Sequence record: MK373774.1
Direction: 5' to 3' (one strand)
Source: Escherichia phage vB_EcoM_WFL6982
Length of the DNA: 64,000 nt
Positions within the stretch are counted from its first letter, which is position 1; every line of letters begins with the position of its first letter. Position numbers and translations under genes: made by a program. This document shows, one piece after another, positions 44,117 to 54,670 of this stretch. A model generated the notes under the pieces. It made no database searches. It saw only the letters and a list, made by a program, of their open reading frames with translations, and had not been told where the DNA came from.

Positions 44117-45631
44117 ATGACTGACATTAAAGTACATTTTTATGATTTTAGTCACGTGCGCATTGAATGCGACGAAAGTACGTTTTACGAACTTCGTGAC
44201 TTTTTTAGCTTTGAAGCTGACGGGTATAAATTTAACCCAAAATATCGCTATGGGAACTGGGATGGTAGAATTCGACTTTTAGATTACAACCGTTTGTTAC
44301 CATATGGACTTGTAGGACAAATAAAAAAGTTCTGTAGCAATATGAGTTATTCTGTATGGATTGACCCTAAAATCTTTGAGACCGAAGACCTTACCAGAGA
44401 AGATTTTGACGCATGGCTTTCTAAACAAGAAATTTATTCAGGCAACGCCAAAATCGAACCACATTGGTATCAAAAAGATGCAGTATATGAAGGACTAGTT
44501 AATCGTCGTCGAATTTTAAACCTTCCGACATCAGCAGGTAAATCACTAATCCAAGCACTTTTAGCTCGATATTATCTAGAGAATTATGAAGGTAAAATTC
44601 TCATTATCGTCCCTACAACAGCATTGACAACCCAGATGGCTAATGATTTTGTTGATTATCGCTTGTTTAGTCATTCGATGATTAAGAAAATTGGCGGTGG
44701 TGCTGATAAAGCAGACAAATCTAAAAACGACGCTCCAATTATTGTTGGCACATGGCAAACAGTAGTTAAGCAGCCTAAAGAATGGTTCTCTCAGTTCGGT
44801 ATGATGATGAACGATGAATGCCACTTAGCAACAGGCAAAAGTATTTCTTCAATCATCGCAGGATTAAATAATTGTATGTTTAAATTCGGTTTATCTGGCT
44901 CATTAAGAGACGGAAAAGCCAATGTAATGCAGTACGTAGGTATGTTCGGCGAAATCTTCCGTCCTGTTAGCACGTCTAAATTAATGGAAGACGGACAGGT
45001 AACTGAGCTTAAGATTAACAGTATTTTCCTTCGTTATCCGGACGAATTCACCGTTAAATTAAAAGGTAAAACATACCAAGAAGAAGTTAAAATTATTACC
45101 GGACTAAAACGACGTACAAAGTGGATTGCTCAACTTTCAGTCAAATTGGCTAAGAAAGACGAGAACGCCTTTGTAATGTTTAAACACGTTACACATGGTA
45201 AAGAAATATTTGAAGCTATTAAAGAGCTTGGATACGAAAAAGTTTATTACGTATCGGGTGAAGTTGATACTGAAACACGTAACGCGCTTAAAGTCATGGC
45301 AGAAAATGGTAAAGGCATTATTATTGTCGCATCATATGGAGTATTCTCTACTGGTATTTCAGTCAAGAATCTTCATCATGTTATTTTCGCTCATGGTGTT
45401 AAATCAAAAATTATCGTACTTCAAACCGTAGGTCGCGTACTTCGTAAGCATGGTTCTAAAGCTGTTGCTACAGTTTGGGATCTCATCGATGACGCAGGTG
45501 TAAAACCTAAATCATTAAATACTAAAAAGAAGTATACTCATCTTAATTACTTGTTAAAACACGGTATTGATCGTATCCAACGTTACGCTGATGAGAAATT
45601 TAACTATGTAATGAAAACAATTAATTTATAA
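44117..45631 (+). CDS. uvsW: DNA/RNA helicase
   Basis: Helicase motifs LPTSAGKS and MMNDECH; strong match to T4 UvsW. Confidence 0.95.
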   Translation: MTDIKVHFYDFSHVRIECDESTFYELRDFFSFEADGYKFNPKYRYGNWDGRIRLLDYNRLLPYGLVGQIKKFCSNMSYSVWIDPKIFETEDLTREDFDAWLSKQEIYSGNAKIEPHWYQKDAVYEGLVNRRRILNLPTSAGKSLIQALLARYYLENYEGKILIIVPTTALTTQMANDFVDYRLFSHSMIKKIGGGADKADKSKNDAPIIVGTWQTVVKQPKEWFSQFGMMMNDECHLATGKSISSIIAGLNNCMFKFGLSGSLRDGKANVMQYVGMFGEIFRPVSTSKLMEDGQVTELKINSIFLRYPDEFTVKLKGKTYQEEVKIITGLKRRTKWIAQLSVKLAKKDENAFVMFKHVTHGKEIFEAIKELGYEKVYYVSGEVDTETRNALKVMAENGKGIIIVASYGVFSTGISVKNLHHVIFAHGVKSKIIVLQTVGRVLRKHGSKAVATVWDLIDDAGVKPKSLNTKKKYTHLNYLLKHGIDRIQRYADEKFNYVMKTINL

Positions 45632-45656
45632 GGGCTTCGGCCCTTAGGAGATAAAA

Positions 45657-45890
45657 ATGGTACTTGAATTTAAACAATTTTTATACGAAGCATCTATTGA
45701 CGAATTCATGGGTAAAATTGCTAGTTGTCATACCTTAGAAGGGCTTGAAGAATTGGAAGCTTATTATAAGAAACGTATAAAAGAAACGGAATTAAAAGAT
45801 ACAGATGATATTTCTGTCAGGGATGCCTTAGCAGGTAAGCGTGCCGAACTTGAAGGCGACGATGATGAGGATGAGGAAGAAGACTTCTAA
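45657..45890 (+). CDS. uvsW.1: UvsW.1 protein
   Basis: 77 aa with acidic tail; follows uvsW. Confidence 0.8.
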   Translation: MVLEFKQFLYEASIDEFMGKIASCHTLEGLEELEAYYKKRIKETELKDTDDISVRDALAGKRAELEGDDDEDEEEDF

Positions 45891-45947
45891 TTAAAAAAAG
45901 GCCCTTCCAAAAAGGTCGGGCCAAAACCATAGGCAAAAAAGGTAACA

Positions 45948-46115
45948 CTATAGTAAAAGTTTGGTTTCGTTCAATTGCTCTTCTGAACTTTCTGAAACCG
46001 GCATTTGTTGGACATAATTATAACAAGGCCCAGGATGTGCTGGACCTTTGTCTGTTTCAACAACCAATACAGAATCGATTGGAGTTTTACAGACAACACA
46101 AATCTTATCTGACAT
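45948..46115 (-). CDS. hypothetical Cys-rich small protein (uvsY.-2 position)
   Basis: Start MSDKICVVCK with AGGAG SD; minus-strand TATAAATA upstream at 46141-46148. Confidence 0.55.
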   Translation of the reverse strand: MSDKICVVCKTPIDSVLVVETDKGPAHPGPCYNYVQQMPVSESSEEQLNETKLLL

Positions 46116-46238
46116 GATTGTCTCCTTTTGAATATAGTAATATTTATAAACCCATTTTAATCCGCATTTCTTGTACACGGATTAAGCAAGCTTCCATCTC
46201 TGCTAATAGTCGAAATACTTCTTTATAATCTGTCATAT

Positions 46239-46466
46239 TTACCCCATATCTCTCATATGCATATCAATGCCCATATCTTTTGTATAAAAATACTCGTCGA
46301 TGTACCCAGCAAACTTCCCTTTAATATAAAGGACGTCTTCACCACAGGGGTGGTCTGCCAGGATACGAATATCCTGACGTCGTAGACGATACTTTTCCAT
46401 TAAGAATTTAATTTCAGTTTCAAATTCTTCATCATTATTAAAGGCATCTTCAATTGAATAACGCAT
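46239..46466 (-). CDS. hypothetical protein (uvsY.-1 position)
   Basis: 75 aa, synteny. Confidence 0.55.
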   Translation of the reverse strand: MRYSIEDAFNNDEEFETEIKFLMEKYRLRRQDIRILADHPCGEDVLYIKGKFAGYIDEYFYTKDMGIDMHMRDMG

Positions 46467-46879
46467 TATTGTCCCGCTTCAAATTCTCGCATATCTTGAA
46501 TATGTTTAAGTGCAAAACTACGAGACTTGACTGCATCAAGTGCACCACTACAGAACTCAAGTAAAATTCCCCAGTATTGTAAAGTAGTCTCTATTTTAAG
46601 CACATCTTTATCTGCGGCCAGGACAGTTTTCATTTCAGATTTCTCATATCGGTCCATACTGAATTCATCACCGTCACCTCGTCCCGAGTAGTAGTCTAAT
46701 CTTGCTTTTAGAGCAGTTTTCTTCTGAGTCTCTATACGCAACATTTCTTTACGAATAAATGAGTGCTTACGTAGCCATTTGCTGTATAACTTAACATTAT
46801 TCGCCGTCTCGTATTGCAACTTTGTCGTATCAATAGCTAAGTCTGCGTCTAACTCTTCCTGTAAATCTTCCAGCTTCAT
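46466..46879 (-). CDS. uvsY: recombination mediator protein
   Basis: Start MKLEDLQEEL; ..LDYYSGRGDGDEFSMDRYEKSEMK.. matches T4 UvsY. Confidence 0.9.
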   Translation of the reverse strand: MKLEDLQEELDADLAIDTTKLQYETANNVKLYSKWLRKHSFIRKEMLRIETQKKTALKARLDYYSGRGDGDEFSMDRYEKSEMKTVLAADKDVLKIETTLQYWGILLEFCSGALDAVKSRSFALKHIQDMREFEAGQ

Positions 46880-46959
46880 AATGTTCTCTCTTTTAACTAA
46901 TAATCTCCCGGCTGTATCGGAAGGACCTAAAACCATTATACATAGGTTGCCTTGAAGCA

Positions 46960-47358
46960 TTACACTCTATTGCTTGAAGCCAACTGAAGTTTAATTTGTT
47001 CAATATCGTCAGGGTTGTCTACGACCGAAAATCTAATCTCTACTATAACCGTATAGTCATCATATACTGGCGTTACACTTACAGAAAGTTTGTCGATGCG
47101 TGGCTCATAGTTACGAACAGCTGCCTGGATATTACGCTCAATCGTATCGGCTGTAAGTGGTGTCATGTTCTCGAAAAGTTCATCGACCAAATCACATCCA
47201 AATTCAGGGTCGAAGGGGCGTGAGCCTTTTCTAGTTGTCACTATGCCAAGAAGACTATTTTTAATAGAACGAAGTCCTACAGAACGAGCAACGTCCTTGT
47301 TCCAATCCATACGCATTTCTGGGTCGATATCTGAATAAAGTTTATTGATATTAGACAT
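46960..47358 (-). CDS. 25: baseplate wedge subunit
   Basis: MSNINKLYSDIDPEM.. matches T4 gp25; 132 aa. Confidence 0.95.
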   Translation of the reverse strand: MSNINKLYSDIDPEMRMDWNKDVARSVGLRSIKNSLLGIVTTRKGSRPFDPEFGCDLVDELFENMTPLTADTIERNIQAAVRNYEPRIDKLSVSVTPVYDDYTVIVEIRFSVVDNPDDIEQIKLQLASSNRV

Positions 47359-47984
47359 TATAGTAACTCAAAGAATTCTTTGAGGCCTCGTATTGTGTGA
47401 ACGTGTGACGCCCCACATTTGGGACATTTAATAGGGGTTGCTAGATAAATTGACGGTGATACTAAAAGATTTTTAATATTGATCATGTCATCTTCCGTTA
47501 TAAGGCCATAAAGGTCGTTTATTTCTGCTTCAGTTAAATCTTCAACAGGGATGGACTCTCCATTGACAAAAACGGCCTCAATACATGAAGCAATCATTAA
47601 TGCGATATTTTTATCGTCAAATAATTTAGGTTGACGGAACTTAATTTTAATACCACTGAACGAATACCAGGGATCGGCCTGTTCATCTAATTGAGTGTGC
47701 AATAAATTCATATAGACTTGAAATGAATGCCCACAGGAACAATTCCAGGTGTGTTCTTGATTCACTTCACCTAATGAATGGGCCCACAGATTTACCAACA
47801 ATAACTCGGCTTCTTGTTTAGTCAAGTTTTTAGCGTTAGAACAATTAGTGATAATATTGTTCACTGCGGATTCAATAGTACCGGTAGCCCGCGCACCTAT
47901 GAGTCCTAAATATTCTTTTAAAGTAAAGGCTCTACAATTCACTTCTTTATCGCCTAAACGTACGGTAAACGTATATTTGTACAT
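47358..47984 (-). CDS. 26: baseplate hub subunit
   Basis: 208 aa, order. Confidence 0.85.
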   Translation of the reverse strand: MYKYTFTVRLGDKEVNCRAFTLKEYLGLIGARATGTIESAVNNIITNCSNAKNLTKQEAELLLVNLWAHSLGEVNQEHTWNCSCGHSFQVYMNLLHTQLDEQADPWYSFSGIKIKFRQPKLFDDKNIALMIASCIEAVFVNGESIPVEDLTEAEINDLYGLITEDDMINIKNLLVSPSIYLATPIKCPKCGASHVHTIRGLKEFFELL

Positions 47985-48002
47985 GTTAACTCCTTTATTG
48001 TG

Positions 48003-48014
48003 TATTTATAAATA
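48003..48014. promoter_or_regulatory. divergent overlapping late promoters (TATTTATAAATA)
   Basis: Palindromic core gives TATAAATA on both strands, serving gene 26 (minus) and gene 51 (plus). Confidence 0.6.
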
Positions 48015-48031
48015 ATAGAAAAGGAGTAATT

Positions 48032-48784
48032 ATGGCTAATATAATTCGTTGTAAATTACCGGATGGTGTTCATCGTTTTAAGCCGTTCACCGTGGCGGAT
48101 TATAGAGACTTTTTACTAGTTAGAAATGATATCGAACATCGTTCGCCACAAGAACAAAAAGAAATAATTGCCGATCTGATTGATGATTATTTTGGCGAGT
48201 ACCCTAAAACATGGCAACCATTTATATTCCTGCAAGTTTTTGCAGGCTCTATAGGCAAAACAAAAGTTCCCGTTATTTTCACTTGCCCTAAATGCTCTAA
48301 AGAAAAAACTGCGCCATTTGAGATATATCAAAAAGAACTAGTCGAACCTGAACTTGATGTTGCTGGTATAAAAATACGTTTTTCTTTCCCTGAAAAGTTT
48401 TATGACAACAAAGCATTAATGATAAGTGAAAACATAAAAGAAATATATTATAATGATGAATGGTACCCATGGAATGATTTGACTGAAGAGAACCAAATCC
48501 AAGTAATAGAAGCAATAGACATTGACTCACTCGAGAAGGTTATTGCTTCTATGAACCCTATTAATTTGACCCTTAGATTAGGTTGTTGTGAACGTCATGT
48601 TAAAACATATACTGATATCTTAGAGGTTTTTAAATTGTTAGTTAACCCTGATGAGATTTTTACATTCTATCAGATAAACCATTCACTAGTAAAGAGTCAA
48701 TACACATTGGATTCTATTATGCAAATGATTCCTGTTGAACGTGGTATTGCTTTAACATTAGTAGAAAAGGACCATAAAAAATGA
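48032..48784 (+). CDS. 51: baseplate hub assembly catalyst
   Basis: 250 aa, order. Confidence 0.85.
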   Translation: MANIIRCKLPDGVHRFKPFTVADYRDFLLVRNDIEHRSPQEQKEIIADLIDDYFGEYPKTWQPFIFLQVFAGSIGKTKVPVIFTCPKCSKEKTAPFEIYQKELVEPELDVAGIKIRFSFPEKFYDNKALMISENIKEIYYNDEWYPWNDLTEENQIQVIEAIDIDSLEKVIASMNPINLTLRLGCCERHVKTYTDILEVFKLLVNPDEIFTFYQINHSLVKSQYTLDSIMQMIPVERGIALTLVEKDHKK

Positions 48785-49953
48785 CAGTATTCCAACGTCC
48801 AGGATATCCTAACTTAAGCGTTAAATTATACCAAGATTATTCAGCTTGGCAAGAAAATAGATACGTTGAACTCGCGGCAACAATAACAACTTTAACCATG
48901 CGAGATTCGTTATATGGAAGAAATGAAGGGATTCTTCAATTTTATGACACTAAAAACATCCACACTAAAATGGATGGTAGACAGATAGTCCAAATCTCTG
49001 TTTCAAATTCAAACACACCTCTCCAAGTTAGAACTCGAATTTACGGATGCAGACATTATTCTGTGTCTGTGGACTCAAAAGGTGACAATATTATTGCAAT
49101 TGAGCTTGGAACAATACATTCTATAGAGAACCTTAAATTTGGGCGTCCATTCTTCCCGGATGCAGGCGAATCTATACGTGAAATGTTAGGTGTCATATAC
49201 AAAGACCGTGCGTTAATTACTCCGCCAATAAACACTATTAATGCTTATGTTCCTGATATCCCTTGGACAAGCACATTTGATGATTATTTGGCATATGTCA
49301 GAGAATTAGGACTTGCTACAGCGAGTGATAAGTTCGTATTCGTATGGCAAGATATTTTAGGCGTAAACATGATTGACTACGATACTCTTATTGGTCAGGA
49401 AGGCATTAAGATGATTGTAGGTGAGCCAAATACTGTAGGTCAGTATATTCAAGAGCTTGAGTATCCATTAGTATGGGATTTTACCTGGATGACTAAAGCC
49501 AACCAATTTACAAGAGACCCTATTAAAAACGCCACGATATTCGCTCATTCATTTTTAGATACATCTATTCCGGTTATTGTTACAGGCGATGGTGATAATG
49601 CTATTCTTGTGTCAAGATCCGGTGGATATTCCGAAATGACCTATCGTAATGGATTTGAAGAAGCAAGTCGTCTTCAGACAATGGCTCAATATGACGGATA
49701 TGCTAAATGCACTACTACAGGCAATTTTAACATAACGCCTGCTACTAAAATTATATTTGTTGACCAAAAGAACCAATTCAAATCCGAATTTTACGTAGAT
49801 GAAGTTATTCATGAGTTATCAAATAACAACTCACAAACTCATCTGTACATGTTTACCAACTCAATGGTGTTAGAACCTGTTAACCCAGTTAAGGTTAAAA
49901 ATGAACTTAAATCTGATTCTACCTCTAAAGAAAATAATTCTACCACAGTCTAA
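48781..49953 (+). CDS. 27: baseplate hub subunit
   Basis: 390 aa, order. Confidence 0.9.
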   Translation: MTVFQRPGYPNLSVKLYQDYSAWQENRYVELAATITTLTMRDSLYGRNEGILQFYDTKNIHTKMDGRQIVQISVSNSNTPLQVRTRIYGCRHYSVSVDSKGDNIIAIELGTIHSIENLKFGRPFFPDAGESIREMLGVIYKDRALITPPINTINAYVPDIPWTSTFDDYLAYVRELGLATASDKFVFVWQDILGVNMIDYDTLIGQEGIKMIVGEPNTVGQYIQELEYPLVWDFTWMTKANQFTRDPIKNATIFAHSFLDTSIPVIVTGDGDNAILVSRSGGYSEMTYRNGFEEASRLQTMAQYDGYAKCTTTGNFNITPATKIIFVDQKNQFKSEFYVDEVIHELSNNNSQTHLYMFTNSMVLEPVNPVKVKNELKSDSTSKENNSTTV

Positions 49954-50434
49954 TAAAAAGGTAATGATTCCTAAATTAGGGCTCAAACATTATAATCTTT
50001 TAAAGGACGTTAAAGGCCCTGATGAAAACATGAAAATCTTAGCTGATTCTATTTGTAAAAATATGAGTCCCGCAGATTTTGATTTTGCATGTCTACACAT
50101 ATTGGAATTTAATAACAAACTTAAGTCTGAAGTTGAAAAAGATGGATTCACTTATAAACTAGATGACGTCTATGTATGCCAACGAACAGAATTCCAATTC
50201 CAAGGTAATACTTTTTATTTTAGACCCCCAGGCAAATTTGAACAATTCGCTACAATCAGTGAAATGCTATCAAATTGCTTAATAAAAGTTAATGACGAAG
50301 AGAAAGAAATTTCTTTCCTTGAGATGCCTGCTTTTGTAATCAAATGGGCAGAAGACCTTTCGACAACTATTGCTATTCCAGGCCCTAATGGTCCTATTAA
50401 GGGTATAGCAGAAATTATTGGATTGCTTGAATGA
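49901..50434 (+). CDS. 28: baseplate hub distal subunit
   Basis: 177 aa; overlaps gene 27 by 53 nt. Confidence 0.8.
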   Translation: MNLNLILPLKKIILPQSNKKVMIPKLGLKHYNLLKDVKGPDENMKILADSICKNMSPADFDFACLHILEFNNKLKSEVEKDGFTYKLDDVYVCQRTEFQFQGNTFYFRPPGKFEQFATISEMLSNCLIKVNDEEKEISFLEMPAFVIKWAEDLSTTIAIPGPNGPIKGIAEIIGLLE

Positions 50435-52203
50435 AACCTGAAGAAATGAAATCCATGCGTAGAAATAAGGTCATTGCCGATAATAAACCACAAAAAGTAG
50501 CTGCAACAGCAGCTACCGATTCATTAGAAGCATTGAATGACATTTCATCAAAACTAGACGATGTCCAAGCCGCGTCTGAACTCACATCACAAAGTGTAGA
50601 AGATAAAGGCAATGGAATTATTGAATCAATTGGAGACTTAAAGAATTCGACAGATAATACTGCTGAAGGCACAGAGCTTATCGCAGAAGTTATTGAAAAA
50701 CAAACTGAAGTCACTAAAAGTATAAACGAAGTTTCTAGTGCAATAAGCTCTAAGTTAGACCGATTAGCTACATTATTAGAGCAAAAATTACAAACATCTA
50801 CCGCTATTCAAAATACAGGAGGCACCTCTCTTGAAGTAATTGAGAACGCAATACCTGTTAAAGTTGTTGAGAATGAAACTTCTGATGAGCTGTTTAAAGC
50901 ATTCCCTACACCTGAAAAGATTGATAATAAGCCAGACGAAGATTTCTTCCCAGCACCGGTTCAAGAAAGTGCTAATTCTACTTCTGATTCTAAAGGCGGA
51001 ATTAGCTTTAAATTGAGCGATAAAATTGCAATGCTCACCAAAACAGTTCAAGCCGGGTTTAATAAATCAATATCAATTTCAGACAGAATTGCTGGAATGC
51101 TTTTCAAATACACTATAACGGCTGCTATTGAAGCAGCAAAAATGGCCGCACTTATTCTTGGTATTGTTATCGGTATTGATTTATTGATAGTCCATTTCAA
51201 ATATTGGACAGACAAGTTCACTTCTGCCTGGGATTTATTTGATGAAAACTTTACTAAATTCTCTGATGAAGCTAAAGAGTGGGGTAAATTCTTAAGTGAT
51301 ATATTCACTTCTATTGACTCTATAAAACAATTGTGGGAAGCTGGAGACTGGGGTGGTTTAACCGTTGCTATTGTCAAAGGTGTAGGAACAGCATTAATGA
51401 ACTTAGGTGAACTAATTCAATTAGGAATGGCTAAACTCTCTGCGTCTATATTGCGTGCTATAGGTTTTGGCGATACCGCGGACGAAATAGAAGGACGTGC
51501 TTTAGAAGGATTCCAAGAAACTACTGGGAACAAATTAAAGAAAGAAGACCAAGAGAAAGTCGCTAAATATCAAATGAAACGTGACGATGGGGAATTAGGA
51601 ACCGTTTCTAAAGGTCTTGATATGTTACAACGCGGCAAAACATTCGTTACTAACTGGGTTCGTGGTAATGACAATAAAGAAGAGTTTAGTACAAGCGATG
51701 AGCGTGCTGCGGAATCAGCAAAATTAAAAGAGTTACCTGAAGAGGAGCGTAAAGAGGCGTATATAAAAGCTAATGAAACTCGTGCGGCACTGGTTAGATT
51801 TGAGGATTATATCGATAAAATCGATATGACTAACCCAGAAAATGCTAAAAACGTCGAGAAGTCTTATGCTGATTTAAGTAAACTTATTAAAGACCCTGAA
51901 CTTAATAAAACTCCTGCTGTTAAAAAGGAAATAGATGCTAGATTTGAAAAGCTAAATAATAAAATGGCTGAAGCCAAAAAGGCTCAGACAACAGTTAAGC
52001 CTGAATCTTCGTCTAAATCTCCGGAAGCAAAACAAGTTCAGTCAATAGAGAAAGGACGTGCTTCTGAATCTAAACAACAGCAACCGGTAGCGGCGATTAG
52101 TAACACAAATAATGTCGTCAAAAAGAATACCGTAGTCCAGAATATGACCCCTGTAACAAGTACAACGGCTCCTGGAATTTTCCATGCCACCGGTGTTAAT
52201 TAA
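50431..52203 (+). CDS. 29: baseplate hub subunit, tail length determinator
   Basis: 590 aa, order. Confidence 0.9.
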   Translation: MKPEEMKSMRRNKVIADNKPQKVAATAATDSLEALNDISSKLDDVQAASELTSQSVEDKGNGIIESIGDLKNSTDNTAEGTELIAEVIEKQTEVTKSINEVSSAISSKLDRLATLLEQKLQTSTAIQNTGGTSLEVIENAIPVKVVENETSDELFKAFPTPEKIDNKPDEDFFPAPVQESANSTSDSKGGISFKLSDKIAMLTKTVQAGFNKSISISDRIAGMLFKYTITAAIEAAKMAALILGIVIGIDLLIVHFKYWTDKFTSAWDLFDENFTKFSDEAKEWGKFLSDIFTSIDSIKQLWEAGDWGGLTVAIVKGVGTALMNLGELIQLGMAKLSASILRAIGFGDTADEIEGRALEGFQETTGNKLKKEDQEKVAKYQMKRDDGELGTVSKGLDMLQRGKTFVTNWVRGNDNKEEFSTSDERAAESAKLKELPEEERKEAYIKANETRAALVRFEDYIDKIDMTNPENAKNVEKSYADLSKLIKDPELNKTPAVKKEIDARFEKLNNKMAEAKKAQTTVKPESSSKSPEAKQVQSIEKGRASESKQQQPVAAISNTNNVVKKNTVVQNMTPVTSTTAPGIFHATGVN

Positions 52204-52211
52204 GGATTATT

Positions 52212-53321
52212 ATGATTAGTGTAAAAGAAATAGTAGTAGATGCAAAGGATTTAAATAAAGCGATACCAGTCACAGAAAGTGCTGGGCAAAGCACTAAAAC
52301 CGAAACAACTACTAAAACTTATGTTGCTCAATTTCCTACAGGAAGAGCAGCCGGAAATGACTCCACAGGAGACTTCCAGGTAACAGACCTTTATAAGAAT
52401 GGATTATTATTTACCGCGTACAATATGTCTGCACGCGATTCAGGATCCCTCAGGAATTTACGTCCGGCGTATGCCGGGACTTCATCTAATGGTATCATAT
52501 CAGATTTAACTGATAACGTGAAAGATGCAGTGACTAAATTCTCAAATGGCTTGCTTCCTGCCGGAGCTAATAAGTCTACTATAAACAAAACTCCTGTTGC
52601 TAATATACTTTTGCCACGTTCCAAATCTGATGTTGATACAACTTCACATCGTTTTAATGATATCGGTGATAGCCTTATTACTAAAGGTGGAGGTACTGCT
52701 ACGGGTGTTTTAAGTAACATTGCTTCTACTGCAGTTTTTGGTGCATTAGATTCTATTACTCAAGGGCTTATGGCTGATAATAACGAACAGATTTATACGA
52801 CTTCTCGTAGTATGTATGGCGGTGCTGAGAACCGTACTAAAGTCTTTACATGGGATTTAACTCCACGTTCAACTGAAGACCTTATGGCTATTATAAACAT
52901 TTACCAGTATTTTAACTATTTCTCATATGGTGAGACCGGTAAATCACAGTACGCCCAAGAGATTAAAAGTTATTTAGACGAATGGTACCGTTCAACGTTT
53001 ATTGAGCCTATGACGCCAGATGATGCAGTAAAAAATAAGACATTGTTTGAAAAGATTACTGCGTCATTAACAAATGTATTAGTTGTAAGCAACCCTACAA
53101 TTTGGATGGTTAAAAACTTTGGTTATACGTCTAAATTTGATGGATTAACTGACGTATTTGGTCCATGCCAAATTCAAAGCGTACGTTTTGATAAAACTCC
53201 AAATGGACAATTTAATGGTCTTGCTGTTGCTCCTAACTTACCATCAACATTTACGTTAGAGATAACAATGCGAGAAATTATTACATTAAACCGTTCTTCA
53301 CTTTATGCGGGGACTTTCTAA
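52212..53321 (+). CDS. 48: baseplate tail tube cap
   Basis: 369 aa, order. Confidence 0.9.
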   Translation: MISVKEIVVDAKDLNKAIPVTESAGQSTKTETTTKTYVAQFPTGRAAGNDSTGDFQVTDLYKNGLLFTAYNMSARDSGSLRNLRPAYAGTSSNGIISDLTDNVKDAVTKFSNGLLPAGANKSTINKTPVANILLPRSKSDVDTTSHRFNDIGDSLITKGGGTATGVLSNIASTAVFGALDSITQGLMADNNEQIYTTSRSMYGGAENRTKVFTWDLTPRSTEDLMAIINIYQYFNYFSYGETGKSQYAQEIKSYLDEWYRSTFIEPMTPDDAVKNKTLFEKITASLTNVLVVSNPTIWMVKNFGYTSKFDGLTDVFGPCQIQSVRFDKTPNGQFNGLAVAPNLPSTFTLEITMREIITLNRSSLYAGTF

Positions 53322-54283
53322 TGTACTCTTTAGAAGAATTTAATAACCAAGCTATAAATGCAGATTTCCAACGAAACAATATGTTTAGTTGTGTATTTGC
53401 TACTACACCATCAACCAAATCGTCTTCACTAATTTCGTCAATTGGTAGTTTTGCTTATAATAACTTAGGGTTGGATTCAGATTGGCTAGGATTGTCTCAA
53501 GGTGATATCAATCAGGGCGTAACAACCCTGATTACAGCAGGAACACAGAAATTAATTCGAAAATCAGGTATAAGTAAATATCTGATTGGAGCAATGAGTC
53601 AACGTACGGTACAAAGCTTGTTAGGTGAGTTCACAGTAGGAGCTTATCTGATAGACTTCTTCAATATGGCATATAATAATACAGGTTTAATGATTTATTC
53701 TGTAAAAATGCCTGAGAACCGATTATCTTATGAAACGGATTTCAACTATAACTCACCGAACATCCGAATTACCGGCCGTGAAATGGACCCGTTAGTAATA
53801 AGCTTTAGAATGGATTCCGAAGCATCTAACTTTAGAGCAATGCAAGACTGGGTAAACTCAGTCCAAGACCCTGTAACAGGTCTTCGCGCTTTACCACAAG
53901 ACGTCGAAGCAGATATTCAGGTTAATTTACATGCACGAAATGGTTTACCACATACCGCTGTCATGTTCACTGGATGTATTCCTGTTAGTGTCTCTTCTCC
54001 TGAGTTAACGTATGATGGTGATAATCAGATAACAGTTTTTGACGTAACATTTGCCTATCGCGTTATGCAATCAGGTGCTGTAAATAGACAGGCTGCTTTA
54101 GAATGGCTGGAATCAGGACTTATTAGTAGTGTTTCAGGAATGTTTGGAAATAATCAGAATGATTCTGGACTAGGAAGTGCAGTATCAAGACTTTCTAGAT
54201 TAGGTGGGACTGCTGGTGGTGTGTCTAATATAAACACATTGACAGGTGTGGTGAATTCTGCGTCAAGAGTTTTAGGACTATAA
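53321..54283 (+). CDS. 54: baseplate tail tube initiator
   Basis: 320 aa, order. Confidence 0.9.
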   Translation: MYSLEEFNNQAINADFQRNNMFSCVFATTPSTKSSSLISSIGSFAYNNLGLDSDWLGLSQGDINQGVTTLITAGTQKLIRKSGISKYLIGAMSQRTVQSLLGEFTVGAYLIDFFNMAYNNTGLMIYSVKMPENRLSYETDFNYNSPNIRITGREMDPLVISFRMDSEASNFRAMQDWVNSVQDPVTGLRALPQDVEADIQVNLHARNGLPHTAVMFTGCIPVSVSSPELTYDGDNQITVFDVTFAYRVMQSGAVNRQAALEWLESGLISSVSGMFGNNQNDSGLGSAVSRLSRLGGTAGGVSNINTLTGVVNSASRVLGL

Positions 54284-54289
54284 GAAAAA

Positions 54290-54306
54290 GGGAGACGTTG
54301 TCTCCC
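54290..54306. terminator. GGGAGACGUUGUCUCCC hairpin, bidirectional
   Basis: Variant of the GGGAGAC...GUCUCCC hairpin between convergent gene 54 and the 54316 ORF. Confidence 0.6.
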
Positions 54307-54315
54307 TTTAGGGGT

Positions 54316-54609
54316 TTATTTACGGAATGAAAGGAATGCTGGTGCTCGGAATGGAGTATCATCTTTAGAGTATTTAACTAATACGACCATTGGTACCTCT
54401 GTTTCTAAATGACCTGTCACTACACCGACAAAAATTTGATCAGTGTGCTCAGGGTCACGAAAGTTTTTAAGAGGTTCCATAGCAATATGGAATGCACCTG
54501 GGAATACTCGATTCAATTCGTCAATCACAGCTTCGTTAAAAACATCATCTGCCGGGATAGCATCTTCAACTACTAGTTCTTGACCATTAAAGCGAAGCAT
54601 AGATTTCAT
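54316..54609 (-). CDS. hypothetical protein (alt.-1 position)
   Basis: Start MKSMLRF with GAGGAAAA SD; early promoter upstream. Confidence 0.55.
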   Translation of the reverse strand: MKSMLRFNGQELVVEDAIPADDVFNEAVIDELNRVFPGAFHIAMEPLKNFRDPEHTDQIFVGVVTGHLETEVPMVVLVKYSKDDTPFRAPAFLSFRK

Positions 54610-54624
54610 AACGTTTTCCTCATG

Positions 54625-54670
54625 TTGTTGATAGGATAATAGTATCACACATCCATGTGTTTGTAAACTA
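54625..54670 (-). promoter_or_regulatory. T4-type early promoter
   Basis: Minus strand GTTTAC-N18-TACTAT-TATCCTATCAA; overlaps the alt 3' end. Confidence 0.5.

Noticed and set aside
49901-49953. 53-nt overlap between genes 27 and 28 as a possible frameshift or mis-annotation
   Set aside because: Both ORFs have the sizes I recall for T4 gp27 and gp28; overlapping starts are common in this operon, so treated as normal.
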